Below are positions 10,105 through 18,505 of a stretch of 64,000 nt of DNA, piece after piece. The stretch comes from an uncultured Clostridium sp. Its GTDB lineage: Bacteria; Bacillota; Clostridia; TANB77; CAG-508. Under the pieces are notes generated by a model. The model made no database searches, was not told the origin of the DNA, and saw only the letters and a program-made list of their open reading frames with translations. The translations under genes were made by a program, and so were the position numbers. Location: positions 99,749 to 163,748 of the forward strand of contig CAYJKK010000001.1 of NCBI GenBank assembly GCA_964370905.1. The letters are read 5' to 3'. Numbering within the stretch: position 1 is the stretch's first letter; each line of letters opens with the position of its first letter.

Positions 10105-10118
10105 TATATTTTAGATTT

Positions 10119-11462
10119 TTATGTATTTTTTTTCAATTTTAAAATATAAAATCCATCTGTTTTTTCGTTTGGTAATACCTGGATTCCTCCTATATTGTCT
10201 TTAAATTTGTCAAAGAAATCATTTTTTTGATATTTTAAATCAATAATTGAAAATTCTTTATTATTTACCAAAAATTTATTTATAACATCTTTATTTTCAC
10301 TACTTATTATACTACATGTAGAATATACTATTTCCCCTTCTTTTTTTAAATATTTTGAACAATTTTCTAAAATTACATATTGCAATTTAGATATATTTTC
10401 TATATCTTCTTTTTTCTTTTGCCATTTAATATCTGGTTTTCTTTTCATAACACCCAAACCTAAACATGGAACATCTAATAGAATTTTATCAAATTTTTCT
10501 TTATATTTTTCTTCATATATACTTCCATCTTGTTTTAGTGTTTCAATTATATCTATGCCCAATCTCTTAGCATTTTGTTTTACTAATTCTAGTCTGTGGT
10601 CATACACATCAAACGCTGTTATTTCTCCACTATTCCCCATAATTTCTGCCATAAATGTAGTTTTTCCACCAGGGGCGCTGCATGCATCTAGTACTTTTTC
10701 ACCGTGTTTAGGATTCAATAGTATCGGAATCAATCCTGCTGCTTCATCTTGAATTGTAAATAGCCCGTCTTTAAATTCTTTTAAATTTTCAATATTTTTA
10801 ATTTTATCTAGAACTAAAAATGGTTCTATTATACCTTTTTCTACCACAATATTTTTAGCTTCTAATTTTTGAATTAATTCATCAATTTCTATTTTCAAAT
10901 TATTAACTCTAATACATAATTTAGGTCTTATATTTGTAGCCTTACAAATTTCTTCTATACTTTCATTTGAATTATCTTTTTGTAATTCTTCAATTATCCA
11001 TTCTGGCATTGAATACATTTTAGATATTCTTTCTTTAAACTCTTGTATATCATTCATTTCAAGATAATCTATTTTTTCTACTTTTCTAAGTACTGCATTA
11101 ACAAAATTACTACTAGATCTATGACCATACCTTTTAGCTAAATTTACACTTTCATTAACTGCTGCTGATTTTGGGACTTTATCTAAAAACACAATTTGGT
11201 ATATCCCCATTCTAAGGATATTTAATATCCATGGTGATATTTTTTTTATTCTAACACTTGAGTATTTTTTTATAATTTCATCTATAGTAAGTCTCCAAGT
11301 CACTGTTCCATAAACTATTTCAGAAATAAAACCTACATCTTTATCTGTTAAATTTTTTCTATTTTCTTTTATCTTTTCATCTAATACTAAATTAGAATAA
11401 CTATTTTCTTCTTGCACTTTATATAATGTTTTTAAAATTATTTCTCTTGTTTTATCTATCAT
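10119..11462 (-). CDS. rsmB: 16S rRNA (cytosine967-C5)-methyltransferase RsmB
   Basis: 447 aa. NusB-like N-terminal domain plus a SAM methyltransferase with DACSAPGGKT, DVPCLG and YSTCS motifs. Confidence 0.85.
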   Translation of the reverse strand: MIDKTREIILKTLYKVQEENSYSNLVLDEKIKENRKNLTDKDVGFISEIVYGTVTWRLTIDEIIKKYSSVRIKKISPWILNILRMGIYQIVFLDKVPKSAAVNESVNLAKRYGHRSSSNFVNAVLRKVEKIDYLEMNDIQEFKERISKMYSMPEWIIEELQKDNSNESIEEICKATNIRPKLCIRVNNLKIEIDELIQKLEAKNIVVEKGIIEPFLVLDKIKNIENLKEFKDGLFTIQDEAAGLIPILLNPKHGEKVLDACSAPGGKTTFMAEIMGNSGEITAFDVYDHRLELVKQNAKRLGIDIIETLKQDGSIYEEKYKEKFDKILLDVPCLGLGVMKRKPDIKWQKKKEDIENISKLQYVILENCSKYLKKEGEIVYSTCSIISSENKDVINKFLVNNKEFSIIDLKYQKNDFFDKFKDNIGGIQVLPNEKTDGFYILKLKKNT

Positions 11463-11620
11463 ATATTTTTCCTCGCTTTTAAAAGTATTATATCCTTTTT
11501 TTTGGTTTTTTTCTATAGTTTATGCATTTGTTTTTAATTTGTATTTAATTTTTGTTTAACTTTTGTATATTTTATCCTTTTTTTGTAAAATATATTTTTA
11601 AAGAATTTTAGGAGGTAAAA

Positions 11621-11839
11621 ATGGAAATGAAAAAACATTTAATAATAACAGGGCATTCAAATATTTCTTGGAAGGATGCGATAGTTAAAGCTATTGATGA
11701 AACTTCAAAAACAATTGATTATATTTCAGAAGTTAAAGTTTTAGAACAAAGAGCTAATATTGATGGTAATAAATTATTAGATTATTTTGTTGATTTAGAT
11801 ATTAGTTTTATAATTGATACAAATAGAAAAAGTTCTTAA
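11621..11839 (+). CDS. Dodecin-family small flavin-binding protein
   Basis: 72 aa. ITGHSNISWKDAIVKAIDETSKTIDYISEVKVLEQ...VDLDISF matches the dodecin pattern. AGGAGG RBS. Confidence 0.6.
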   Translation: MEMKKHLIITGHSNISWKDAIVKAIDETSKTIDYISEVKVLEQRANIDGNKLLDYFVDLDISFIIDTNRKSS

Positions 11840-11851
11840 ATTGGAGGTATT

Positions 11852-12316
11852 ATGGATCCCTTAGAATCTAAAGAAGCATATATAAAATATGTTGATAAAC
11901 AATCCCCAAATTCTCCTCTTCTTAAAAATTGTTTTAGAGCATTTTGGGTTGGAGGTACAATTTGTGCTATTGGACAGATTGTTTTAAATATCTGTGAATT
12001 ACGCGGTTTTGATGAAAAAGTTTCTGGAAGTATTGTATCTATACTTTTTATTGCTATTGTCGCTTTTTTAACAGGTCTTAATATATTTAATAGAATTGGT
12101 AAATATGCAGGTGCTGGATCACTTGTTCCTATTACTGGGTTTGCAAATTCAATTGTCTCACCTGCAATGGAATTCAAGTCTGAAGGGTACATTATGGGTG
12201 TAGGTGGAAAAATGTTTACAATTGCAGGGCCTGTTTTAGTATTTGGTATTTCTACTTCAATTATTATAGGAATTATTTACCTTATATTTAACACCACCTC
12301 AATAACTTTAGTATAG
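11852..12316 (+). CDS. spoVAC: Stage V sporulation protein AC
   Basis: 154 aa membrane protein. FWVGGTICAIGQ...PITGFANS blocks are typical of SpoVAC. Confidence 0.85.
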   Translation: MDPLESKEAYIKYVDKQSPNSPLLKNCFRAFWVGGTICAIGQIVLNICELRGFDEKVSGSIVSILFIAIVAFLTGLNIFNRIGKYAGAGSLVPITGFANSIVSPAMEFKSEGYIMGVGGKMFTIAGPVLVFGISTSIIIGIIYLIFNTTSITLV

Positions 12317-12328
12317 GAGGAAATAACA

Positions 12329-13330
12329 ATGAAGAAAGTTGGAAAACAAACAATAATTTTTGATACACCACCTACTATTTTAGAATGTTCATCAATTGTA
12401 GGTCCTAAAGAATCAAATGGACCACTTAATAAATATTTTGATAAAGCATTAGATGATGAATTTTGGGGTGAAAAAAGCTGGGAAAAAGCTGAAAGTAAAA
12501 TAATTAGAGAAACTGTACTTTCTGTTATTAATAAGAGTGGATTACCGGCTAAAGATATAGAGTACATGTTTGCTGGTGATTTACTAAATCAGTGTATTTC
12601 TTCTAGTTTTGGATTAAGAGATGTAGGAATTCCCTTTTTTGGCATCTTTGGTGCTTGTTCAACATTTGTTGAATCAATGAGTCTAAGCGCTATATTAACT
12701 GAAAGTGTAGCAAATACTACTTTATTTGCTACATCTAGCCATTTTTGTAGTGCTGAAAAACAATTTAGATTTCCTCTTGAACTAGGAACACAAAGACCAC
12801 AAAGTAGTCAGTGGACTGTTACTGGCAGTGGCGCTGGTATATTATCAAAAACTGGTAATGGCCCATATATAACAAGTATTACAACTGGAAAAATAGTTGA
12901 TATGGGAATAAAAGATGCAAATAACATGGGTGCAGCTATGGCTCCTGCTTTTGTAGATACATTGCATGCACATTTATCTGATACAAATCGAACTAGTGAT
13001 TATTATGATTTAATCATAAGTGGTGATTTAGGGCATATCGGAAAAAATATAGCTATAGAGTTATCAAAAAAACTTGGTCATAATATCAAAAATAATTATG
13101 ATGATTGTGGTGTTTTAATATTTGATAAAGATTCACAAGATACACATAGTGGTGGTAGTGGTTGTGGCTGTTGTGCATCAGTTTTTTCTGGATATTTATT
13201 TAACTTACTAAAAACAAATAAAATTAAAAATATTTTATTAATAGCAACAGGTGCTTTAATGAATTCAACAAGTACCCAGCAAGGTGAAACAATCCCTGGA
13301 ATTGCTCATGCTGTTAGTATTGAAATATAG
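12329..13330 (+). CDS. spoVAD: Stage V sporulation protein AD
   Basis: 333 aa soluble thiolase-like protein in the spoVAC-AD-AE gene order. GGAGG RBS. Confidence 0.85.
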   Translation: MKKVGKQTIIFDTPPTILECSSIVGPKESNGPLNKYFDKALDDEFWGEKSWEKAESKIIRETVLSVINKSGLPAKDIEYMFAGDLLNQCISSSFGLRDVGIPFFGIFGACSTFVESMSLSAILTESVANTTLFATSSHFCSAEKQFRFPLELGTQRPQSSQWTVTGSGAGILSKTGNGPYITSITTGKIVDMGIKDANNMGAAMAPAFVDTLHAHLSDTNRTSDYYDLIISGDLGHIGKNIAIELSKKLGHNIKNNYDDCGVLIFDKDSQDTHSGGSGCGCCASVFSGYLFNLLKTNKIKNILLIATGALMNSTSTQQGETIPGIAHAVSIEI

Positions 13331-13343
13331 AAATGGAGAATAT

Positions 13344-13736
13344 ATGGAATTAGATGTATCTGAAATCTTTGAATTTTCATCTCTTATTAAAGCTTTTGTT
13401 GTTGGTGGAATAATATGTATTATTGGACAAATATTAATTGATAAAACAAAACTAACTCCTGCTAAAATTTTAGTCCTATTCGTAACAGTTGGAGCTATAT
13501 TAGGCGGGTTAGGCATATATGATTATCTAGTTGAATTTGGAGGTGCTGGTGCAACTATACCTCTTACTGGTTTTGGAAGTAGTCTTGCACATGGTGCTAT
13601 TGATGCTGTTAAAGAAAAAGGACTTATCGGAGCATTTACTGGTGGAATTTCAGCAACTGCTGGTGGAATAGGTGCTGCAATATTTTTTGGATATATAGCA
13701 TCTTTAATTTCAAAACCTAAAATAAAAAAAGAATAA
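13344..13736 (+). CDS. spoVAE: Stage V sporulation protein AE (SpoVAEb-type)
   Basis: In-frame ATG at 13344 preceded by GGAGAA. FVVGGIICIIGQ...PLTGFGSS is paralogous to SpoVAC. The track's start at 13284 would overlap spoVAD. Confidence 0.8.
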   Translation: MELDVSEIFEFSSLIKAFVVGGIICIIGQILIDKTKLTPAKILVLFVTVGAILGGLGIYDYLVEFGGAGATIPLTGFGSSLAHGAIDAVKEKGLIGAFTGGISATAGGIGAAIFFGYIASLISKPKIKKE

Positions 13737-13760
13737 CAACAGAAAGAAAAAATCATTAGT

Positions 13761-14906
13761 CTAATATGCTAATGATTTTTTTCTTCTACGAATAACTGGA
13801 GCTATTTCGAATTCTATTTCAAAACATTCAAATCTTCCTGTTTGATTATCTTCTAAATAATCTAAATATATATCTAATTCATCAACTGTTTTACAAGCTG
13901 AAATTATCGCTGGATGCAAATTATATGAGAATAATAATTCCATACCTAAATCAAAAGCAAAGACTAATGATTTATTTTCTTTTTTTCTTGCTAATCTAAA
14001 AGCTTCTTTAAATCGCATTACTGGTGCATTTTTATAATAATCTATTGATTTCATATATTTTTTTGCAATTACACTTTCAACACATGTATATTTATTTGGA
14101 TGTTTTCTCATTTCTCTTTCTATGTCTTTATATAAGAATGGTAGTACAACTTTTCCTGAAGTTTCTGATATAAGAAGTGTGTTTTCTTTATAATCTTCTA
14201 AACCTATCAAATTAGGCTCTTCTATGTTCTCTTCTTTACTATTTTGAATTTTAGTATCTATGACTTTTTCTTGCATTTCAGTTTCTTGTATAACATTTTT
14301 TATAGGCATTTCTATGTTAGATTCTTCTCTTAAATCTATTTTGTACAAATCAGATACATCTTGGACTTCTGTTTCCATATCTAATTTTTGTTCTTCTTCT
14401 ACTTCTATTTTTTCTGTAATTTCCTCTTTTGTATAAACTTCATCTATATTATTTATTTTAGAACTAGACTCTTGAACATTATATATATTTGAAAAACCTG
14501 CTAAATCATTTAGGCATTCTTGTATGCGTATTGTGTTAGTAGTTACACTTTTTAAAATTTCTATATATTTTTCATTTAGATCATTTAAATATGTTTCGAA
14601 ATTTTGATCGTTTAAATCATATTTTACTTGATTGTACAAATTGATTATATCCGTCAAATTTACAACATTATTATTTACACATTCAATAGCATTTTTAGCT
14701 TCTTCTAAAACATTAACCATTTTTTCTATATTGTTTTCTTCTATATTTTCATTAGAATCAACAAATTTTTGCATATATACTAAAAACACTTCTTTTTGTC
14801 TTTCTTGAGATCCAAGTACGCAATCTAAATATTCTTTTTCTTTTTCCAAATTTTCAATTATTTTTCCAAATTGTATACATCCATTATCTTTTGTTATAAC
14901 TATCAT
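13761..14906 (-). CDS. Hypothetical acidic coiled-coil protein; last gene of the SipW/TasA-like operon
   Basis: 381 aa. The N-terminal half is Glu/Asn-rich and the conserved-looking C-terminal ~140 aa contain no motif I recognise. Confidence 0.5.
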   Translation of the reverse strand: MIVITKDNGCIQFGKIIENLEKEKEYLDCVLGSQERQKEVFLVYMQKFVDSNENIEENNIEKMVNVLEEAKNAIECVNNNVVNLTDIINLYNQVKYDLNDQNFETYLNDLNEKYIEILKSVTTNTIRIQECLNDLAGFSNIYNVQESSSKINNIDEVYTKEEITEKIEVEEEQKLDMETEVQDVSDLYKIDLREESNIEMPIKNVIQETEMQEKVIDTKIQNSKEENIEEPNLIGLEDYKENTLLISETSGKVVLPFLYKDIEREMRKHPNKYTCVESVIAKKYMKSIDYYKNAPVMRFKEAFRLARKKENKSLVFAFDLGMELLFSYNLHPAIISACKTVDELDIYLDYLEDNQTGRFECFEIEFEIAPVIRRRKKSLAY

Positions 14907-14927
14907 AACTTCTCCTTATTTTTTAGA

Positions 14928-15554
14928 TTATTCATTACAAAGGTAATATTCATTTTGTTCATTTCTTTTTTTATTTTCGTAGGCTATTCTCTTTATATTC
15001 CTTTCAGTTTTCTTTTTTTTCATATTCCCAGTATATGCTATATATACATATGCAAATAATAATAACACAATAATAACTATCCCATTTTGTAACCATAACA
15101 CTGCATATCCTAAAAATGGTATTGCTCCTATTACTTTACCTTCGATTGCAGAGCCTTTAACAACCCCTTGATCTTCTGCGTTATTATTATCACCTTTTGT
15201 TTTATATTCTACTTGACTATTATTTTCCATTACTTCTGTTATTCTATGTGTTACAACTGTTTCTCCCTGTCTAAAAGATATGGTATCTCCTACATCATAT
15301 TTTTGATCAGTACTTTTTACAATTGCTATATCGCCTATATTATAGGTTGGTTCCATACTTCCTGACACTATTACATATGTTTTATATCCTAAAAAATCTG
15401 GTGTTTTATCTGGACTTATTATAGCTTGCAAAATTAATGATATATTATATACAATAAGTGGTATTACAATTATATATACCATCAATTGCAATCTATTCAT
15501 AATTCTTTTACTTTTAGCTTTTCTCTTAACAATCGCTTCATTTGTATATAACAT
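14928..15554 (-). CDS. sipW: SipW-type (S26B, ER/archaeal-type) signal peptidase I
   Basis: 208 aa with VSGSMEP, THRI (His in place of the LepB Lys) and KGDNN boxes, plus N- and C-terminal TM segments. Confidence 0.8.
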   Translation of the reverse strand: MLYTNEAIVKRKAKSKRIMNRLQLMVYIIVIPLIVYNISLILQAIISPDKTPDFLGYKTYVIVSGSMEPTYNIGDIAIVKSTDQKYDVGDTISFRQGETVVTHRITEVMENNSQVEYKTKGDNNNAEDQGVVKGSAIEGKVIGAIPFLGYAVLWLQNGIVIIVLLLFAYVYIAYTGNMKKKKTERNIKRIAYENKKRNEQNEYYLCNE

Positions 15555-15576
15555 TTTATTCTCCTTTTCATTTTAA

Positions 15577-16233
15577 TTATATTGAATTTGTAGCTTCTAT
15601 GACCATCTCTAACATATATTGTTGGTCTTCTACTTTAGATCCAACTAATGTATCTGCTTCATCACTATTTTCCCAATACCATTCCACAGTATATTTAGTT
15701 ATAGAATCTTCTGCTACAATAATATTTTCAACATCTAATTCTGATATATCTAAATAGTCATTTTCATTTCCCCTTATATATACATTATCCATTTTTAATC
15801 TATATTTCATATTAATATCATTTGAAGTAGTTTCTATAAATTTTATATGATATTCAATCTCTTGTCCTGTAACATTTTCTACTATTACATCATATTTTCC
15901 GTATGACATAGGAGCTATTATCTTTTCATTATCAAATTTCACATTTTGAAACATATTTATTTGTTCTTTTTTTTCAATATCTATATCTCCACTTGTAACT
16001 TCTATATATCTAGTATTTTCAACACCTGATAAAAATTCTTCTCGAGTTGCTCCTATTGTTCCTATCCTAAATGCTAATATAGTTACTAAAATTAGAAAAC
16101 AAGTTAAAAAAGCTCCTAATATTGACTTAATTTTCCTATTATGTTTTTTATCCTTTAAAAATTCTTCTAATGTATGTATTTTTTGTTTATCATTAGTTTC
16201 TTGATTTTGTTTTTGCATATTTTCTTTATTCAT
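15577..16233 (-). CDS. TasA/camelysin-like secreted protein, paralogue 2 (putative minor/accessory subunit)
   Basis: 218 aa with a signal-anchor. It shares blocks with the 223-aa neighbour: APMSYGKYDVIVENV vs APGVQGEFEIEVENL, TVEWYWE vs TIYWRWP, DTLVG vs DTLIG. Confidence 0.5.
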   Translation of the reverse strand: MNKENMQKQNQETNDKQKIHTLEEFLKDKKHNRKIKSILGAFLTCFLILVTILAFRIGTIGATREEFLSGVENTRYIEVTSGDIDIEKKEQINMFQNVKFDNEKIIAPMSYGKYDVIVENVTGQEIEYHIKFIETTSNDINMKYRLKMDNVYIRGNENDYLDISELDVENIIVAEDSITKYTVEWYWENSDEADTLVGSKVEDQQYMLEMVIEATNSI

Positions 16234-16300
16234 TAATCAATCCTCCTAATATTTTCACTTAAACATACTTCTTTAATATATTTAAGTCAAAATATCTATA

Positions 16301-16336
16301 ATATAGGTTCTAATTATTACTAAATAGAACCTATAT
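16301..16336 (-). terminator. 12-bp perfect hairpin just after the 223-aa gene
   Basis: atataggttcta-12 nt-tagaacctatat, starting 10 nt downstream of the stop. Confidence 0.55.
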
Positions 16337-16345
16337 TAATTTTTA

Positions 16346-17017
16346 CTAATCAACTTGTGTTACTGTTATATCTGTTGTTATTTGTATTTTAAGGTCATCA
16401 GTATCATCTGCAGTTGTTGCTGCTCCTGCTGCTGCTGCAATACCTATTAAAGTATCATTTGCATCTGCCGCTGCATCTGCTCCTATTGGCCATCTCCAAT
16501 AAATTGTTGAAGATGTTGATGTAGCACCACTATTTACCACAACTGGTGTAGTTATATCTGTTAAAGCTGCAGACCAATTTGTTCCATCAGCACTATACTG
16601 AATTGGAACAGTAGCTCCTACTGGGAAGTTTACTCCTTCAGATTCAAAAGAAACTGTATATTGTGCAGTTACATCTGATAAGTTTTCTACTTCTATTTCA
16701 AATTCACCTTGTACACCAGGTGCTATCATTCCAGCAGTTACATCTAATTCACCTGTAGTACTTTCAGTACCGTCAGCTGTATCAGTATCATTTATTGTAT
16801 CAAATAAATTAAATGATATTGAATCAGCCGGTGCTGTAGTTATATCTGTACCATTAACTTCAATTGACCATTTAGCAACTGTAGCTGAATCTACCCCACT
16901 TACTGTAGAAGTATATCTAGCATAAGTTCCAGAAACTAATATTAAGGCAATTATTGTTAAAAGTAATAATAAAGCTAATAATTTTTTATTATTTTTCTTT
17001 TCATTTCTTGCTTGCAT
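16346..17017 (-). CDS. TasA/camelysin-like secreted protein with a SipW-cognate-type signal peptide (putative major subunit)
   Basis: 223 aa. MQARNEKKNNKKLLALLLLLTIIALILVSGTYARYTS has a K-rich n-region, an L-rich core and a GTYA-Y-T motif like TasA/CalY signals. The mature part is Thr/Ala/Asp-rich. GGAGGTG RBS. Confidence 0.6.
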   Translation of the reverse strand: MQARNEKKNNKKLLALLLLLTIIALILVSGTYARYTSTVSGVDSATVAKWSIEVNGTDITTAPADSISFNLFDTINDTDTADGTESTTGELDVTAGMIAPGVQGEFEIEVENLSDVTAQYTVSFESEGVNFPVGATVPIQYSADGTNWSAALTDITTPVVVNSGATSTSSTIYWRWPIGADAAADANDTLIGIAAAAGAATTADDTDDLKIQITTDITVTQVD

Positions 17018-17079
17018 TTTTTCACCTCCTTTTAGTTAAAATATATCTTTAATTTAAAAAACTTTTTAATGTTTTGAAA

Positions 17080-17679
17080 TTATTTTTTATTCAATAATTC
17101 CTCTTTTTCTTTTTTTAATTTTCTAACTTCCTCTTCCAATTCTAATTCTTTTTCTGTTGTTTCTTTAACATATTTTAAACTTTCTTTATTTTCATAGAAT
17201 TGAATTAATACTAATAATAGTATTGGTATAGATAATGCAACTACCATTCCTGTTGGTGTTTGTAAGAACATACCTAAATTCCCAAGACCAACTATTTTTG
17301 TTTGATATAAACCTTCTATATTATTCATAGTGATATATCCTTCATCATTTTGATCATTATTATCACCTTTTGTAATATATTGTCTTATTCCACTTGCTTC
17401 ATTTATTTCTACAATTCTATGAGTTATAACTGTGTCTTCAATTCTATATGCAATTATTTCTCCTACATCTAATTCTTCTTCTTTAACTTCATAAACAATT
17501 ACTAAATCTCCAACTGCAATATCTGTTTCCATAGATTCCGATAATACAATAAATGGTTTCCATCCAAAAAATGATGGTACTTCATTAGGATTTACTGCTG
17601 AATCTATTAAAATAACCGCATTTACAAATAAAATTGGAACTAGTAAAATTATAACTATTATTCTTAATATATTTTTCAT
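17080..17679 (-). CDS. sipW: SipW-type (S26B) signal peptidase I, second copy
   Basis: 199 aa with LSESMET, THRI and KGDNND boxes and a C-terminal TM followed by a coiled-coil tail. Confidence 0.75.
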   Translation of the reverse strand: MKNILRIIVIILLVPILFVNAVILIDSAVNPNEVPSFFGWKPFIVLSESMETDIAVGDLVIVYEVKEEELDVGEIIAYRIEDTVITHRIVEINEASGIRQYITKGDNNDQNDEGYITMNNIEGLYQTKIVGLGNLGMFLQTPTGMVVALSIPILLLVLIQFYENKESLKYVKETTEKELELEEEVRKLKKEKEELLNKK

Positions 17680-17761
17680 TCTGTTTCCCCTATTTCTTAT
17701 AAACTATTAAATATTATTATGTATTCATAATATACCATATAGTAAAAAAAAAGTACATTAA

Positions 17762-17794
17762 AATTATATTACAATTATATTACAATTATATTAC
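17762..17794. repeat. Tandem 11-bp repeats AATTATATTAC x3 (perfect)
   Basis: Direct reading. This is the reverse complement of the 10072-10104 array. It lies 83-115 nt upstream of the first SipW start codon. Confidence 0.95.
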
Positions 17795-17823
17795 AAAATA
17801 TGACATAAGTACTTATAACGCAA

Positions 17824-17855
17824 CAAAAAAAGCTATTTACAAATGTAATATAGCT
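17824..17855 (-). terminator. Rho-independent terminator of infC-rpmI-rplT
   Basis: The agctatttac/gtaatatagct stem is followed on the minus strand by a run of 7 T. Confidence 0.7.
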
Positions 17856-17876
17856 CTTTTATAATAATATTTAAAT

Positions 17877-18224
17877 TTATTTTTTTGACATTTCAACTAT
17901 TTCAGTAAATGCTTTTGGGTCATTTACAGCTATTTCAGCTAACATTTTTCTATTAACTGTAATATTTGCTTTTTTCATTCCAGCTATCATTCTACTGTAT
18001 GTAGTTCCATTCATTCTAGCTGCAGCGTTTATTCTTGCTATCCATAATTTTCTGAAATCACTTTTTTTGTCTTTTCTTCCTATATATGCATATCTTAAAG
18101 ATTTCATAACTGCTTGATTAGCATTTCTAAATCTATAACTTTTTGCTCCATAATATCCTTTAGCTTGTTTTAATATTTTTTTATGTCTTGCTTTTGTTGT
18201 TCTTGCTGTTTTTACTCTTGCCAT
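17877..18224 (-). CDS. rplT: 50S ribosomal protein L20
   Basis: 115 aa. [28 protein letters not shown]. Confidence 0.95.
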   Translation of the reverse strand: MARVKTARTTKARHKKILKQAKGYYGAKSYRFRNANQAVMKSLRYAYIGRKDKKSDFRKLWIARINAAARMNGTTYSRMIAGMKKANITVNRKMLAEIAVNDPKAFTEIVEMSKK

Positions 18225-18262
18225 TTATTTCACCTTCCTTAATTCCCTCTATATTTTAATTA

Positions 18263-18466
18263 TTAGTTACCATATGGTAATAATTTTTTAATTGTTTTTA
18301 CACATGATTTATCCGCATAAGCATCTTGCACTTTTCCAGATTTTTTTTGTCTACTTGTTTTGTTTGCTAATAAATGTCTTCTATTAGCTTTAGTTCTTTT
18401 TACTTTACCAGTAGCTGTTAAAGAATATCTTTTTTTAGCTGCTTTATTTGTTTTTAATTTAGGCAT
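18263..18466 (-). CDS. rpmI: 50S ribosomal protein L35
   Basis: 67 aa. MPKLKTNKAAKKRYSLTATGKVKR. Confidence 0.95.
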   Translation of the reverse strand: MPKLKTNKAAKKRYSLTATGKVKRTKANRRHLLANKTSRQKKSGKVQDAYADKSCVKTIKKLLPYGN

Positions 18467-18505
18467 AATTAATACTCCTTTCGATTATATATATTTATTT
18501 AAGCA

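Noticed and set aside
9917-10118. c-di-GMP riboswitch upstream of the pilus genes, as in C. difficile pilA1 (6405-6603 and 7111-7187 were also checked).
   Set aside because: These regions are almost pure A/T. They contain none of the GC-containing conserved helices needed for GEMM-I/II folds. A covariance-model scan would be the definitive check.
13284-13343. Track start of spoVAE at 13284, overlapping spoVAD by 47 nt.
   Set aside because: The in-frame ATG at 13344 has a GGAGAA RBS and gives the usual SpoVAE length. The upstream extension (MKQSLELLMLLVLKYRNGEY) looks like out-of-frame spoVAD sequence.
10072-17794. Reading the 29-bp inverted repeats as ends of a mobile element or a phase-variable invertible cassette.
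   Set aside because: No recombinase or transposase lies inside or nearby. The 7.7-kb interior holds housekeeping genes (rsmB, spoVA), and inversion would not swap an obvious promoter. It is kept only as the minor alternative in the finding.
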